A stretch of 64,000 bases of DNA from an uncultured Rikenellaceae bacterium (GCA_964634565.1 CAZWLP010000005.1:4946-68945), one strand, 5' to 3'; shown: positions 34,981 to 44,760, counted from the stretch's first letter. Made by a program: numbers and translations. Notes: a model not told the origin generated them from the sequence alone.

Positions 34981-36051
34981 TTAACCTCCTATTATTTTTG
35001 ATTTCAAATTCTCTACTACTTCTTCCGGGGTTGGAACTATACCTCCCATTCTTCCCCAGTGTTCGACAGGCTTCTTACCATTTACAGAAAGCCTTACGTC
35101 TTCAACCATCTGCCCGGCACTCATCTCAACGGTAAGGATACCCTTAACCTGATCTGCCAGTTTATTAATCTCTTTGGAAGGGAACGGAAACAGGGTAATT
35201 GGTCTTAATAAACCAACCTTAATTCCTTCTTCCCTTGCAAGCTGAACTGCCTTCTGGCAAACCCTGGCACTTGTACCATAGGCAACAAGCAAATAGTCAG
35301 CGTCATCACAATCAAATTTTTCAAATCTTACCTCATTTTCTTCTATAGTTCTGTATTTAGCCTGTAGCTTATGATTAAACTGCTCCTGCTTTAATGAGTT
35401 AAGATCGAGCGAGGTAATAATATTTCTTTCCCTGTCGGGTGTTTTACCTGTTGTCCCCCATTCAGGAAGATCCTGTGATCTTTCTTTCTGAGGATTCAGG
35501 TATACCTTTTCCATCATCTGGCCTATAGCACCATCTGACAGGATCATGGCAGGATTTCTGTATTTAAATGCCAGTTCAAATCCCAGGTCAACAAAGTCGG
35601 CCATTTCCTGTACCGAAGCAGGTGCAAGAACAATAAGTTTATAATCGCCATGACCACCTCCTTTAACTGCCTGGAAATAATCGGATTGTGCTGGCTGAAT
35701 TGTTCCCAGTCCAGGGCCTCCCCTCACAACGTTTACAATCAGACAGGGCAATTCTGCGCCGGCTATATAGGTTATTCCTTCCTGCTTAAGACTTATTCCT
35801 GGTGATGACGATGAAGTCATAACTTTTTTTCCGCATCCGGCTCCGCCATATACCATATTAATTGCAGCAACTTCACTCTCAGCCTGCAATACTACCATCC
35901 CGGTACGCTCATAGGGCTTTTCTGCCATAAGATACTCCAGCACCTCACTCTGTGGTGTGATAGGATAACCGAAATAGGCATCAGCACCCGCGCGAATTGC
36001 AGCTTCTGCAATCGCTTCGTTACCTTTCATTAATTTTAATTCCTTTTCCAT
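34981..36051 (-). CDS. 2-oxoacid:ferredoxin oxidoreductase, alpha subunit
   Basis: 356 aa. MKGNEAIAEAAIRAGAD...GYPITPQSE is typical of the alpha subunit. Confidence 0.9.
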   Translation of the reverse strand: MEKELKLMKGNEAIAEAAIRAGADAYFGYPITPQSEVLEYLMAEKPYERTGMVVLQAESEVAAINMVYGGAGCGKKVMTSSSSPGISLKQEGITYIAGAELPCLIVNVVRGGPGLGTIQPAQSDYFQAVKGGGHGDYKLIVLAPASVQEMADFVDLGFELAFKYRNPAMILSDGAIGQMMEKVYLNPQKERSQDLPEWGTTGKTPDRERNIITSLDLNSLKQEQFNHKLQAKYRTIEENEVRFEKFDCDDADYLLVAYGTSARVCQKAVQLAREEGIKVGLLRPITLFPFPSKEINKLADQVKGILTVEMSAGQMVEDVRLSVNGKKPVEHWGRMGGIVPTPEEVVENLKSKIIGG

Positions 36052-36072
36052 TATGTATGTGCTATTAATATT

Positions 36073-36300
36073 TTATGAAATTTTTACTTTATAAACCGTA
36101 ATTACTCCATCGGGGCAAACAACGGCACAATTAGTACAACCGATACATGCATCAGGGTTAACAGGTTCGGCATAATTATATCCTTTCCCGTTTACGTTGG
36201 GCGACTGGGCAATAACCTCTGTAGGACAGGCTACAACACAAACCCCACATCCCTTACACTTTTCGGTATCTACTACAATTGATCCTTTAAATTTGGCCAT
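36073..36300 (-). CDS. 2-oxoacid:ferredoxin oxidoreductase, delta subunit (2x[4Fe-4S] ferredoxin)
   Basis: 75 aa with two cluster motifs, CKGCGVCVVACP and CIGCTNCAVVCP. Confidence 0.85.
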   Translation of the reverse strand: MAKFKGSIVVDTEKCKGCGVCVVACPTEVIAQSPNVNGKGYNYAEPVNPDACIGCTNCAVVCPDGVITVYKVKIS

Positions 36301-36324
36301 ATCAATCTGTTTATGATGTTAATA

Positions 36325-37647
36325 TTATTTACTATGATCCTTATAAAACATATTTAATCTTTCTTTCAGCTGAGGGAACATTTCCCGTGGTATCATCGAT
36401 ACACAGGCTCTCACACCCTCTGAGTGACTACTCCCAGTTATACCGAGACTGATTGCACTAATCCCATATCTCAATAATTCTGTAAGAAGTGTATCTCCTG
36501 ACATTCCGGGATATGCCAGTGTAAAATAGAAACCATCGGCAATTGGTTCGTCGATATCTGTATCATACACAATATCAAATCCATTCTCCAGAAACATACG
36601 CTTCATCACCCTGGCTTTCTCTCCATATTCCTTTACATCCTCTATATAGTTGTACTCCCCATCATTAACCGCTTTCAGTAAGGCAGTCAAACCGGCCTGT
36701 GCCGACTGTGCTACCCCGGCCGAGAGGGCGTAAAGGGCACCGAAAATAACAGAGTGCCCGAACATATCTGAATTATAATACCTTAACAGATCAGGATATT
36801 TCCTGTTATACAGGTGGTCAGACATAACCATCATTCCAATCCTCTGGCCCGCATAGCTAAAGGCTTTAGAGCTGGAAATCAACAGAATATAGTCATCGCA
36901 ATACCTGGCTACCGTAGGCTGATAAGGAGCCTTTCCCGGCTGAGAATAATCCTTTCTGAAATCCATTCCAAAATAAGCCAGATCTTCAATAACAACTACA
37001 TCGTATTTCTTGGCAGTTTCGCCTATTATCCTCAATTCCTCTTCTGTAAGACATATCCATGACGGATTATTAGGATTTGAATAAAGTATACTGGATACCT
37101 TTCCTGTTTCCAGGTAAGACTCAAGCTTATCCCTTAATTTTGCTCCCCTGTAATCGTATACGTCGAACGACCTGTAATCATGACCAAGTATCTTAACCTG
37201 AACTTTCTGTACCGGAAAACCCGGATCGATAAATAAAGTACCTTCTCTGGAAGCATCGTTACGATTAACAACCATAAAGCTGGCCATCCCACCCATCATA
37301 GATCCGACAGTTGGCACACAACCGCGGGGATCAACATCAATATCAAGAAATAATTTCAGAAAGCGTGAAGTCTCACTTTTAAGCTCTCTTTTTCCTTCTA
37401 TATTAGGATAAAGCGACGCAAGTCCGTCATCAAGAGCTTTCTTCTCGGCCTCAATACCAATAACCGGAGCTTTTAATCCGGGAACACCCATCTCCATCCT
37501 GATATATGACTCACCGGATTCCCGCTCCAGATTATTCGACAATTTTACTATTTCCCTGATACTTGCTTTTCCAAGAGAACGAATTCCTATCTCTGTGACT
37601 TTCTTCTCGATTACTTCTACAGATAGAGGCAGTTTGCTCATAAACAT
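36325..37647 (-). CDS. class I/II PLP-dependent aminotransferase
   Basis: 440 aa. NPNNPS and PLP-lysine context SSSKAFSYAGQRIG. First gene of the OFOR operon (24-nt gap to delta). An alternative ATG lies at 37641. Confidence 0.85.
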   Translation of the reverse strand: MFMSKLPLSVEVIEKKVTEIGIRSLGKASIREIVKLSNNLERESGESYIRMEMGVPGLKAPVIGIEAEKKALDDGLASLYPNIEGKRELKSETSRFLKLFLDIDVDPRGCVPTVGSMMGGMASFMVVNRNDASREGTLFIDPGFPVQKVQVKILGHDYRSFDVYDYRGAKLRDKLESYLETGKVSSILYSNPNNPSWICLTEEELRIIGETAKKYDVVVIEDLAYFGMDFRKDYSQPGKAPYQPTVARYCDDYILLISSSKAFSYAGQRIGMMVMSDHLYNRKYPDLLRYYNSDMFGHSVIFGALYALSAGVAQSAQAGLTALLKAVNDGEYNYIEDVKEYGEKARVMKRMFLENGFDIVYDTDIDEPIADGFYFTLAYPGMSGDTLLTELLRYGISAISLGITGSSHSEGVRACVSMIPREMFPQLKERLNMFYKDHSK

Positions 37648-37661
37648 TTAAAATAATTATT

Positions 37662-37697
37662 AAAAAAGTCAGGGGTAACCTGTTAGAGCTACCCCTG
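37662..37697 (-). terminator. intrinsic-terminator-like hairpin plus T6, about 15 nt upstream of the aminotransferase ATG (candidate attenuator)
   Basis: Minus-strand reading: CAGGGGTA - GCTCTAACAGGT - TACCCCTG, then ACTTTTTT. Stem 37670-37677 / 37690-37697; T-tract is the complement of 37662-37667. Confidence 0.5.
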
Positions 37698-37780
37698 TAT
37701 TTTATATTGCCGTCCGTTTTAGCAATTGCATAATATCAAAAACAGGTAAGTCAATAATAGACAAAGCCATAAAATTGCTT

Positions 37781-37796
37781 CTATATTTAAATATAG
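37781..37796. promoter_or_regulatory. perfect 16-bp palindrome CTATATTTAAATATAG in the leader/promoter region of the aminotransferase-OFOR operon
   Basis: The sequence equals its own reverse complement. It is AT-rich, so chance occurrence is plausible. Confidence 0.25.
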
Positions 37797-37864
37797 TATC
37801 TAACATTTCAGACATTCTGATATTGGACCCTAAATATACAAAATCTATTTCTCATTAAAACCTG

Positions 37865-38560
37865 TTATAAATCAGTTTTACTTCTTGCTGCAAAAGCCAG
37901 AATGATACCCAGAATAATTCCATAAAATGCAGCTATAAGTACCCTTAATTCTTCGGGCATTAAAAAATTAACTGTCTGTGCCGGTATCCAGAACAAAAAT
38001 ATAGTCTTTTTAAGAACAAAATTATAGTGCATCTTCCAGTCGATATTTTCAAGAATACCCCTTATATCCATCCGGGAGAATAAACCTGTCAGGGTACCTC
38101 CTGTTTTTTCAATATGAGAGTCTGTTATCCGGTGGACAGTCATAAGTACAGGAGCGTAAAAAATATTTAAAAAGAAACTAATACTGAATGCAGACAGTAA
38201 CTTACCCCAGCTCAGCCGACCCTCCATATAAGCTGATGCGCCATCAACACCTATAAACTCAAGTAATCTTGGTGCTCCGCTGCCAAAAATAAGAAAAGCA
38301 GCCTGTATTGTCATTCCCAGGAAGCCCCAGACAATAGCCCTGGGCAAAATCCCAAATCCTTTCTTTACATATCTACCTGTCCGTATTCGCAAACCTATCA
38401 ACTCCCCTATTGTTGCCAGTACTGCAAACTTTAAAAAACTTAATAGAAACGGGAACCTGGCATACGCATCCCTGTAGAAGGTGTAAGCATCGTTAAAAAT
38501 TATAAAGGGAGAAAATATTAATACAATAAACAGTACTGTTACGAGATCTGATCTTTTCAT
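37865..38560 (-). CDS. polytopic membrane protein, unknown function (weak Mpv17/PMP22-like C-terminal pattern)
   Basis: 231 aa with about 5-6 hydrophobic helices. FWIPAQTVNFLMPEELRVL resembles the Mpv17/PMP22 motif, but only weakly. Confidence 0.45.
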   Translation of the reverse strand: MKRSDLVTVLFIVLIFSPFIIFNDAYTFYRDAYARFPFLLSFLKFAVLATIGELIGLRIRTGRYVKKGFGILPRAIVWGFLGMTIQAAFLIFGSGAPRLLEFIGVDGASAYMEGRLSWGKLLSAFSISFFLNIFYAPVLMTVHRITDSHIEKTGGTLTGLFSRMDIRGILENIDWKMHYNFVLKKTIFLFWIPAQTVNFLMPEELRVLIAAFYGIILGIILAFAARSKTDL

Positions 38561-38599
38561 AAAATATTATCCATTAACGTGAGCGTGGCGAACCAATAA

Positions 38600-40666
38600 C
38601 TATTTAACATTTTCCTTCTCTATCCTTATCCTGGCATCAACAGCTACTATACCATCCGGAGATCCCAGCAAGGGATTAAGGTCCATCTCAAATATCTCTG
38701 GAGCAGCTTCGAGTAATGCGGAAATCTTAAGTATTGCCGACCTGTACTTTCCTATATCTATCCCTGGTCTGCCCCTTACTCCCTCAAGCAATTTATATCC
38801 CCGGAGCGAGCATATCATATTATCGGCCTCGCCTTCAGAAAGAGGAACAAGCCCACTGCTAACATCCTTCATTACCTCTATAAAAATCCCTCCAAGACCT
38901 GCCATAACAAGATGTCCAAAGCCTTCTTCTCTTTTTGCACCGATAAAAAGTTCTGTTCCTACTGCCATCTGCTGCATTAATACAGCTTCTGTATCTCTTA
39001 TCGACATAAGCCTGCCAAATTCACTTCTCACTTTCTCAATGCTATCCACTCCCAGTACTACTCCTCCAACATCGGATTTATGTACCGGTCCTACAACCTT
39101 CATTGCCACATTTGGACCAAAGAGCCGGTACCACTCTACTGCCTTTTCTACGCTGGAAAAAACAGCTTCCTGCACCCTGTCAATACCGGCGGCATCAAGC
39201 AATTCGGAAACCTGCCCGGGCGAAAGATAACCATTGTCAGACCTGTCGATTAAATCCCTGATCTTCTCTTTGTCGTTATCAGGCTTTATATTATCATTCT
39301 TAAACCTGGGGCTATTTATAACCCTGCAAAGAGCACCGGCAAATACAACCTCATCCGGGAAATTAATCCGCCCCTTTGCAATAAAATCTCTTACCTCCCT
39401 TCCGGCTGTAATCATTGATGGCAATACAGGATAAACAGGCTTTTTCATGGTCTTCATTTTCTCATCCAGGACATTGTAAATATCATCCAGCGGAAATAAG
39501 CCGGGACTGCCGAAGATAACAGCAACAGCATCGATAGTATCAAAATCGTTCTCACATGCATCGAGGGCATAGCCAAGTAACTCTGCAGTACATGTAGCAA
39601 GAAGATCTATTGGATTGGAAACCGAGGATCCGGGAAATAGCTTCTCCAGAAGACTATCGGCCCTTGCACCCTTAATTGCAGGCACATCTATACCTCCCCT
39701 TGCAAGTTCGTCTGTCATCATAACAGCAGGACCTCCGGCATGAGTAACAATTGCCATATTTCGTCCCTTCGGTAGAGGATTAAGAAGAACAGACGCAACA
39801 GACGCAAGCTCCAACCTGCTATAGCACCTTATAATTCCTGCCTTTCTGAAAAGTGCATCTACGGCTATATCAGGATTGGCCATTGCTCCTGTATGAGATG
39901 ACGCGGCCCTGCTTCCGGCATCAGAAGTACCTGCCTTTATTGCTGCTAAATGACAGCCCTTTGATATTAAAGAAGAAGCATGTTTTAACAACATTTCGGG
40001 CTTGGAAACACTTTCTATATAAAGCACTTTAACATTAGAAGAGGTTTTGTTATCGTAGGTTTCATCAAGGTATTTCAATACATCTTCCACTCCCGTATGG
40101 GCACTGTTACCAACAGAAAAGACACTTGAAAAAGATACCCCATTCGGAATGGCCGACTCCATAATAAAAACTGCCGTAGCACCAGAACCCGAAATAAAAT
40201 CTATGCCCTTAGGATTAAGTGCAGGAAGAGGTTCGGTAAAGACTCCATTATAAGTCTGGGTAAGAACGCCGATGCAGTTTGGTCCTATTAAACAGGCACC
40301 TGCTCCCTCAATAATATCGACAATTTCCTTTTCAAGCTCAGCTCCCTCTGTACTCTCCTCACCAAAACCAGCCGACAAAATTATAAATGCCTTTGCTGAT
40401 TTGTTATGGGCCAGCTCTGCAACACTATCCTTGCAAAATCTTGCTGCAACAGCCAGTATTGCAAGATCTACCTGGGGAAGATCCTTACTATCGCGAAAAG
40501 ATTTTATTCCCTGCACTTTATCAGCTCTGGGGTTAACTACAAAAAGTTCTCCCTTATAATTCCCGCTGATAATATTTCTCAATACCTTCCCTCCCGGTTT
40601 TGACAAATCTTCCGAGCCACCTACAACAACGATGCTGCGAGGATTTATTAATTGCTTATTTATCAT
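38600..40666 (-). CDS. ADP-forming acetyl/acyl-CoA synthetase (fused alpha-beta, NDP-forming family)
   Basis: 688 aa. CoA-binding N-domain SIVVVGGSEDLSKPGG, phosphohistidine loop ASSHTGAMAN, C-terminal ATP-grasp. Confidence 0.88.
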   Translation of the reverse strand: MINKQLINPRSIVVVGGSEDLSKPGGKVLRNIISGNYKGELFVVNPRADKVQGIKSFRDSKDLPQVDLAILAVAARFCKDSVAELAHNKSAKAFIILSAGFGEESTEGAELEKEIVDIIEGAGACLIGPNCIGVLTQTYNGVFTEPLPALNPKGIDFISGSGATAVFIMESAIPNGVSFSSVFSVGNSAHTGVEDVLKYLDETYDNKTSSNVKVLYIESVSKPEMLLKHASSLISKGCHLAAIKAGTSDAGSRAASSHTGAMANPDIAVDALFRKAGIIRCYSRLELASVASVLLNPLPKGRNMAIVTHAGGPAVMMTDELARGGIDVPAIKGARADSLLEKLFPGSSVSNPIDLLATCTAELLGYALDACENDFDTIDAVAVIFGSPGLFPLDDIYNVLDEKMKTMKKPVYPVLPSMITAGREVRDFIAKGRINFPDEVVFAGALCRVINSPRFKNDNIKPDNDKEKIRDLIDRSDNGYLSPGQVSELLDAAGIDRVQEAVFSSVEKAVEWYRLFGPNVAMKVVGPVHKSDVGGVVLGVDSIEKVRSEFGRLMSIRDTEAVLMQQMAVGTELFIGAKREEGFGHLVMAGLGGIFIEVMKDVSSGLVPLSEGEADNMICSLRGYKLLEGVRGRPGIDIGKYRSAILKISALLEAAPEIFEMDLNPLLGSPDGIVAVDARIRIEKENVK

Positions 40667-40911
40667 GATAATAGGATTAACTGATTGATGAAAGTCCGGC
40701 GAAAGGACTAAAATATTTTATTATAACGTATAATATTATAATAGCTCAGAGGCCTCCAAATATTTTTAACCAACCTACGTTAAGAGCAACGACATAGAGA
40801 TATTTTCCACCTGTTTTACTCAATATAATAAGTTTTAAATCCTGCAACAATGTATGAATTTCGAAGGAGCGAAACAATGATTTATATAAGTATTTATGAT
40901 TTGATTCTATG

Positions 40912-40919
40912 TATATTTG
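40912..40919 (+). promoter_or_regulatory. Bacteroidota -7 promoter box (TAnnTTTG) for hydE
   Basis: TATATTTG, 20 nt upstream of the GTG at 40939. Confidence 0.4.
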
Positions 40920-40938
40920 CAGCTTATATACTTGAAAA

Positions 40939-42033
40939 GTGAATAAGCCTCTCGCTGAGATATTAAATCAAGCCATTCTTACCAGGGATGATCTTACCCT
41001 AATGTTAAATTCAGAGGGTAAAGACAGGATTATGCTCTTTAATAAATCGGCAGAAATCAAACAACAAAATATTGGTAACAAAGTATATTACCGGGGTTTA
41101 ATAGAGTTCTCAAATATTTGTGCAAAGGATTGCCTCTACTGTGGTATCAGGAGAAGTAATAAAGAGGTAGAAAGGTATAATCTATCTGATAATGAAATAA
41201 TCGATGCCGCACGGTTTGCACTCGATAATAATTATGCTTCTATAGCTTTGCAATCGGGCGAACTTGAAAGTCAGGCCTTTACTGAGAGAATTTCCTCCTT
41301 ACTGAGAAAAATAAAGGAAGTATCAGACGGGAAACTGGGCATAACTATATCTCTTGGCGAGCAATCAGAAAACACATACAAAGAATGGTTTGAAGCCGGG
41401 GCACACAGATATCTTCTAAGGATAGAGTCAAGCGATCCTGTGCTATATGGCAAGATTCACCCTGATAATGATTTGCACAGGTTTGAAAGAAGAGTAAATT
41501 GCCTTAGAATATTACAGAAAGTTGGTTATCAGACAGGTACCGGTGTAATGATTGGTCTGCCCGGACAAACAATCGAACAACTGGCTAATGATCTGCTTTT
41601 TATCAGGGATATGGACATTGATATGGTTGGTATGGGGCCATATATTGAGCATGCCAATACTCCGCTTGCTGAATTGAAAAATAAGCTTAGCCTGCAGGAA
41701 AGGTTTGATCTTTCCCTTAAGATGATTGCATCGCTCAGAATATTAATGCAAGACATAAATATAGCTGCGGCAACAGCACTTCAGGCCATTGATCCTCTGG
41801 GCAGGGAAAAAGCTATTAAGATCGGGGCCAATATTATAATGCCCAATATTACTCCCGGAATGTATCGCGACAGTTACTCCCTCTACGAGAATAAGCCCTG
41901 CACTGACGACGCTGCAGAAGATTGCAAAGGATGCCTTGAAGCAAGGCTTAGTATGGCCGATGCAGACATAGGTTATGGCGAATGGGGCGACTCACCACAC
42001 TATAGACGTCGAAGGGCGAGAACGAAAGGTTGA
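40939..42033 (+). CDS. hydE: [FeFe]-hydrogenase H-cluster radical SAM maturase HydE
   Basis: 364 aa with a GTG start. The N-terminal region and the radical SAM motif FSNICAKDCLYCGIRRSN match the HydE pattern rather than BioB. Confidence 0.82.
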   Translation: MNKPLAEILNQAILTRDDLTLMLNSEGKDRIMLFNKSAEIKQQNIGNKVYYRGLIEFSNICAKDCLYCGIRRSNKEVERYNLSDNEIIDAARFALDNNYASIALQSGELESQAFTERISSLLRKIKEVSDGKLGITISLGEQSENTYKEWFEAGAHRYLLRIESSDPVLYGKIHPDNDLHRFERRVNCLRILQKVGYQTGTGVMIGLPGQTIEQLANDLLFIRDMDIDMVGMGPYIEHANTPLAELKNKLSLQERFDLSLKMIASLRILMQDINIAAATALQAIDPLGREKAIKIGANIIMPNITPGMYRDSYSLYENKPCTDDAAEDCKGCLEARLSMADADIGYGEWGDSPHYRRRRARTKG

Positions 42034-42047
42034 AACCCTCAACTATT

Positions 42048-42062
42048 GGCTGCACAGCAGCC
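42048..42062. terminator. short GC hairpin between convergent hydE and M14 genes
   Basis: GGCTGC - ACA - GCAGCC, flanked on both sides by the direct repeat CTCAACT. No U-tract. Confidence 0.3.
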
Positions 42063-42076
42063 ATCTCAACTTATCA

Positions 42077-44620
42077 TTAAATTTCCTTACCAAAGAATAT
42101 TGCATTCAAAAACACCTTCGTCGTACCATACCATATACCCCTGAAATTAGGGTTATCATATATCGATATTACTCTTCCACGACCGGCAGAATGAACACTC
42201 AGGTAGGCTGAGCCTGCAATCCTGCTTATATTCTCATCGGAAGAAAATCCGCTTAATAATGGTTTATCAGTATACTTCGCAGGATTACTATAGGGATCAC
42301 TATCAAGATTATAGGCCGATGCGTTGCTCTTAAATACGGGAAGTATATCTCTATTATAGCCGTAGCAAAGCGGATGTGTAAGATCAAGTTTTACCTCAAA
42401 GATTGAACCCGGGATCCGATGATGCGAATAATCTGCACTGCGGGAAGCATAACTGGCTGAATTTCCGGCTTCGATGCCTGCTGCCGGTACTGGCTCAATA
42501 TTTACCAGTTCGGATCTTGAGACAAAAGAGTTTCCACCTTTAAGGGCAATTAATGTACCTCCCTTTCTGGTCCATTCGACAAGTGCTCTTGAAACAGATT
42601 CAGATAGCCCCGATCCGGTAAGTATTACTACATTATATCTTGAAAGATCAACAGATCTGTCGCCATTTACCATTGTTACCGGTATATTAAACCTTGTATC
42701 GGTGATATGCCATATTTCACCTGCTTCCCTGCTGCTCGATCCATCACCTATATACATAAGAACCTCAGGTTTTTCAACTACAACAAAATCGTTGCTCCCA
42801 AGGTCTATGCCAGAAACTGTATGTCCACTTGAAAAACCATAAACAGTAATTCCGCATTCCGCTACCACATCCTTCATAAAATCGTATAGTGCATCCCTGT
42901 CGTATTTCTGGCCATAGGCCTGAATCATAATAGATCCTTCTTTAAATGCCTTGCTGAATTCTCCATCTTCGTAGGTAAACTTTCCTTTACCAAGCCTGGC
43001 AACTATTCCTGCTTCCTGGAGCATATAAAGAGCTTTCGGAGCGTAATAGGCATTCCATTCAAAGACATAGGCATATGCATCTCTGGTTGCCTGCAAACTA
43101 CCTTCAGGAAATATTGGCAATAATACCCTGGGACCTTTTATACCATCTACTCCCCTCGAAGATCCAAATGCCGCATAAGGAAGGTTAAACGACATCGGAA
43201 GAGTCCATGTAGAGATATCATAAAAAATCTCCTCCTTAAATTCTGAAATCGTTTCAAACATACTTTTAATATACCTGTACTCGGGCTGATCGAGAGGTAC
43301 CACATAACTGTTGCTGGCATTAAACTGTTTTCCATCAAGGCTAATATTTCTTGTAAGCCTGTAAATATTAATCTGATGGCGTAGAAGATTCTCCATAAAA
43401 TGAGCAGCCCTTGCTCCATCGCCATCATCACTGAAAACATATCCCTTAATATTATCACCGGCAGCGAGGCCAAGGGCATCATTATAAAAATCAACCTGAT
43501 GCTTAAGAAGCTTTTGCCTCATATTCAAACCTGCCTCAAGAGTCGACATCGATACGGTAAGCTGATTTTTTATTGCAAAGGGAAAAGAAATAATACCCGA
43601 CGACACCTCTCGTAAATGTCCTTTTACCCCTGCCTGTTCAAACAGTATACCTACAGAGGCATGTATATCGGGATAGGCTGATCCTTTACCAAGGTAAAAA
43701 TCATCAAAGCCTTCCTCAGAATAATAAAGGCTGCCAATTGCATCAAGATGTTTAATATGATACTCAGCTATCTCTGTAACCAGTTTATAATTCTCTTTAG
43801 GAGTTAGTGGATTCTCTCTTGTTCTTACTCCCGGCTGGAAGAAAAAAGTTGAGTTTGCACCCATCTCGTGGTGATCGGTATTAATATTTGGTTTCCACCT
43901 GTGAAAGGCAGCGACTCTTCCGATCGATTCAGGATGCTGAAGCATAATATAATCCCTGTTAAGATCATACCAGTAATGATTTGTTCGTCCACCTGGCCAT
44001 GCTTCACTAAACTCTATTGAATTTGCATCTGGATTCAGATTTGCACTTTTATACATATTAACCCATGTGGCATGCCTGTTAAATCCGTCAGGGTTAAGAC
44101 AGGGATCGAGCAAAACAACGGTGTTTTCGAGCAATTTATCAATCTTGTCCCCATTTCCTGCAACAAGATAATAAGCCATCAACATCGCAGCATTCTGAGA
44201 ACTTGATTCGTTACCATGCACCCCATAGCCGAGTTTCACCACCACCGGCATATCTGATATATCGATGTCTGACGACTTTGCCGGATCGCTAAGAGCGATA
44301 TGCTTTAGGCGAATAGACTCAATATTTTTAATATTCTCTTCAGAACTTATTACAAGGTTCCCAAGCGGTCTCCCTTCATGCGATTTACCATATTCCTCCC
44401 AGAATGCCCTGTCTGAAATATCAGCTAGTTTAAGCATATAAAAATATAACTTATCGTGAGTCAGGTGCCATTCTCCTATCTGATGGCCGGCAAAATCCTG
44501 TGGTTTAATGATAGTCTGGTCGTAGTTAATATCCTTAGGAAGATAATAAGCCAGGTTAACCTGTGCTCCGGCATAAGATGATATTATTGCCAGAAATACT
44601 AAGGGAATCAGTCGTTTCAT
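42077..44620 (-). CDS. large M14 family metallocarboxypeptidase-like protein
   Basis: 847 aa with a signal peptide. HGNESSS (HxxE), YDLNRDY and DHHEMG zinc/catalytic motifs, plus a roughly 450-aa C-terminal extension. Confidence 0.8.
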   Translation of the reverse strand: MKRLIPLVFLAIISSYAGAQVNLAYYLPKDINYDQTIIKPQDFAGHQIGEWHLTHDKLYFYMLKLADISDRAFWEEYGKSHEGRPLGNLVISSEENIKNIESIRLKHIALSDPAKSSDIDISDMPVVVKLGYGVHGNESSSQNAAMLMAYYLVAGNGDKIDKLLENTVVLLDPCLNPDGFNRHATWVNMYKSANLNPDANSIEFSEAWPGGRTNHYWYDLNRDYIMLQHPESIGRVAAFHRWKPNINTDHHEMGANSTFFFQPGVRTRENPLTPKENYKLVTEIAEYHIKHLDAIGSLYYSEEGFDDFYLGKGSAYPDIHASVGILFEQAGVKGHLREVSSGIISFPFAIKNQLTVSMSTLEAGLNMRQKLLKHQVDFYNDALGLAAGDNIKGYVFSDDGDGARAAHFMENLLRHQINIYRLTRNISLDGKQFNASNSYVVPLDQPEYRYIKSMFETISEFKEEIFYDISTWTLPMSFNLPYAAFGSSRGVDGIKGPRVLLPIFPEGSLQATRDAYAYVFEWNAYYAPKALYMLQEAGIVARLGKGKFTYEDGEFSKAFKEGSIMIQAYGQKYDRDALYDFMKDVVAECGITVYGFSSGHTVSGIDLGSNDFVVVEKPEVLMYIGDGSSSREAGEIWHITDTRFNIPVTMVNGDRSVDLSRYNVVILTGSGLSESVSRALVEWTRKGGTLIALKGGNSFVSRSELVNIEPVPAAGIEAGNSASYASRSADYSHHRIPGSIFEVKLDLTHPLCYGYNRDILPVFKSNASAYNLDSDPYSNPAKYTDKPLLSGFSSDENISRIAGSAYLSVHSAGRGRVISIYDNPNFRGIWYGTTKVFLNAIFFGKEI

Positions 44621-44727
44621 ATTTATAATAAATTCTGTTTGAACTGCAATATTAAGAAAAATATAACAGCATGATCAAGTAAGTTATTGTTCTACAACAT
44701 GAATAAGCATATTAATCACTAAGAGAG

Positions 44728-44735
44728 TAATTTTG
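44728..44735 (+). promoter_or_regulatory. Bacteroidota -7 promoter box (TAnnTTTG) for the saccharopine dehydrogenase-family gene
   Basis: TAATTTTG, 26 nt upstream of the ATG at 44761. Confidence 0.45.
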
Positions 44736-44760
44736 TATATTGTTATCAAAATATGAGGAA

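Noticed and set aside
40693-40709. Hairpin AGTCC-N7-GGACT in the 5' region of the acyl-CoA synthetase gene
   Set aside because: The stem is only 5 bp and there are no flanking features. It is indistinguishable from chance.
44740-44760. Upstream TTG/GTG start codons used by the ORF track (44740, 25232, 32951, 24276, 5929, and complement 49161 and 34980)
   Set aside because: Each has a nearby in-frame ATG that begins the conserved N-terminus (for example MKKKIIVLGTG, MKNIIIQEV, MKTGLYFGSFNP). Some of the upstream starts fall within or next to the -7 promoter box, so the shorter ATG-initiated models were preferred.
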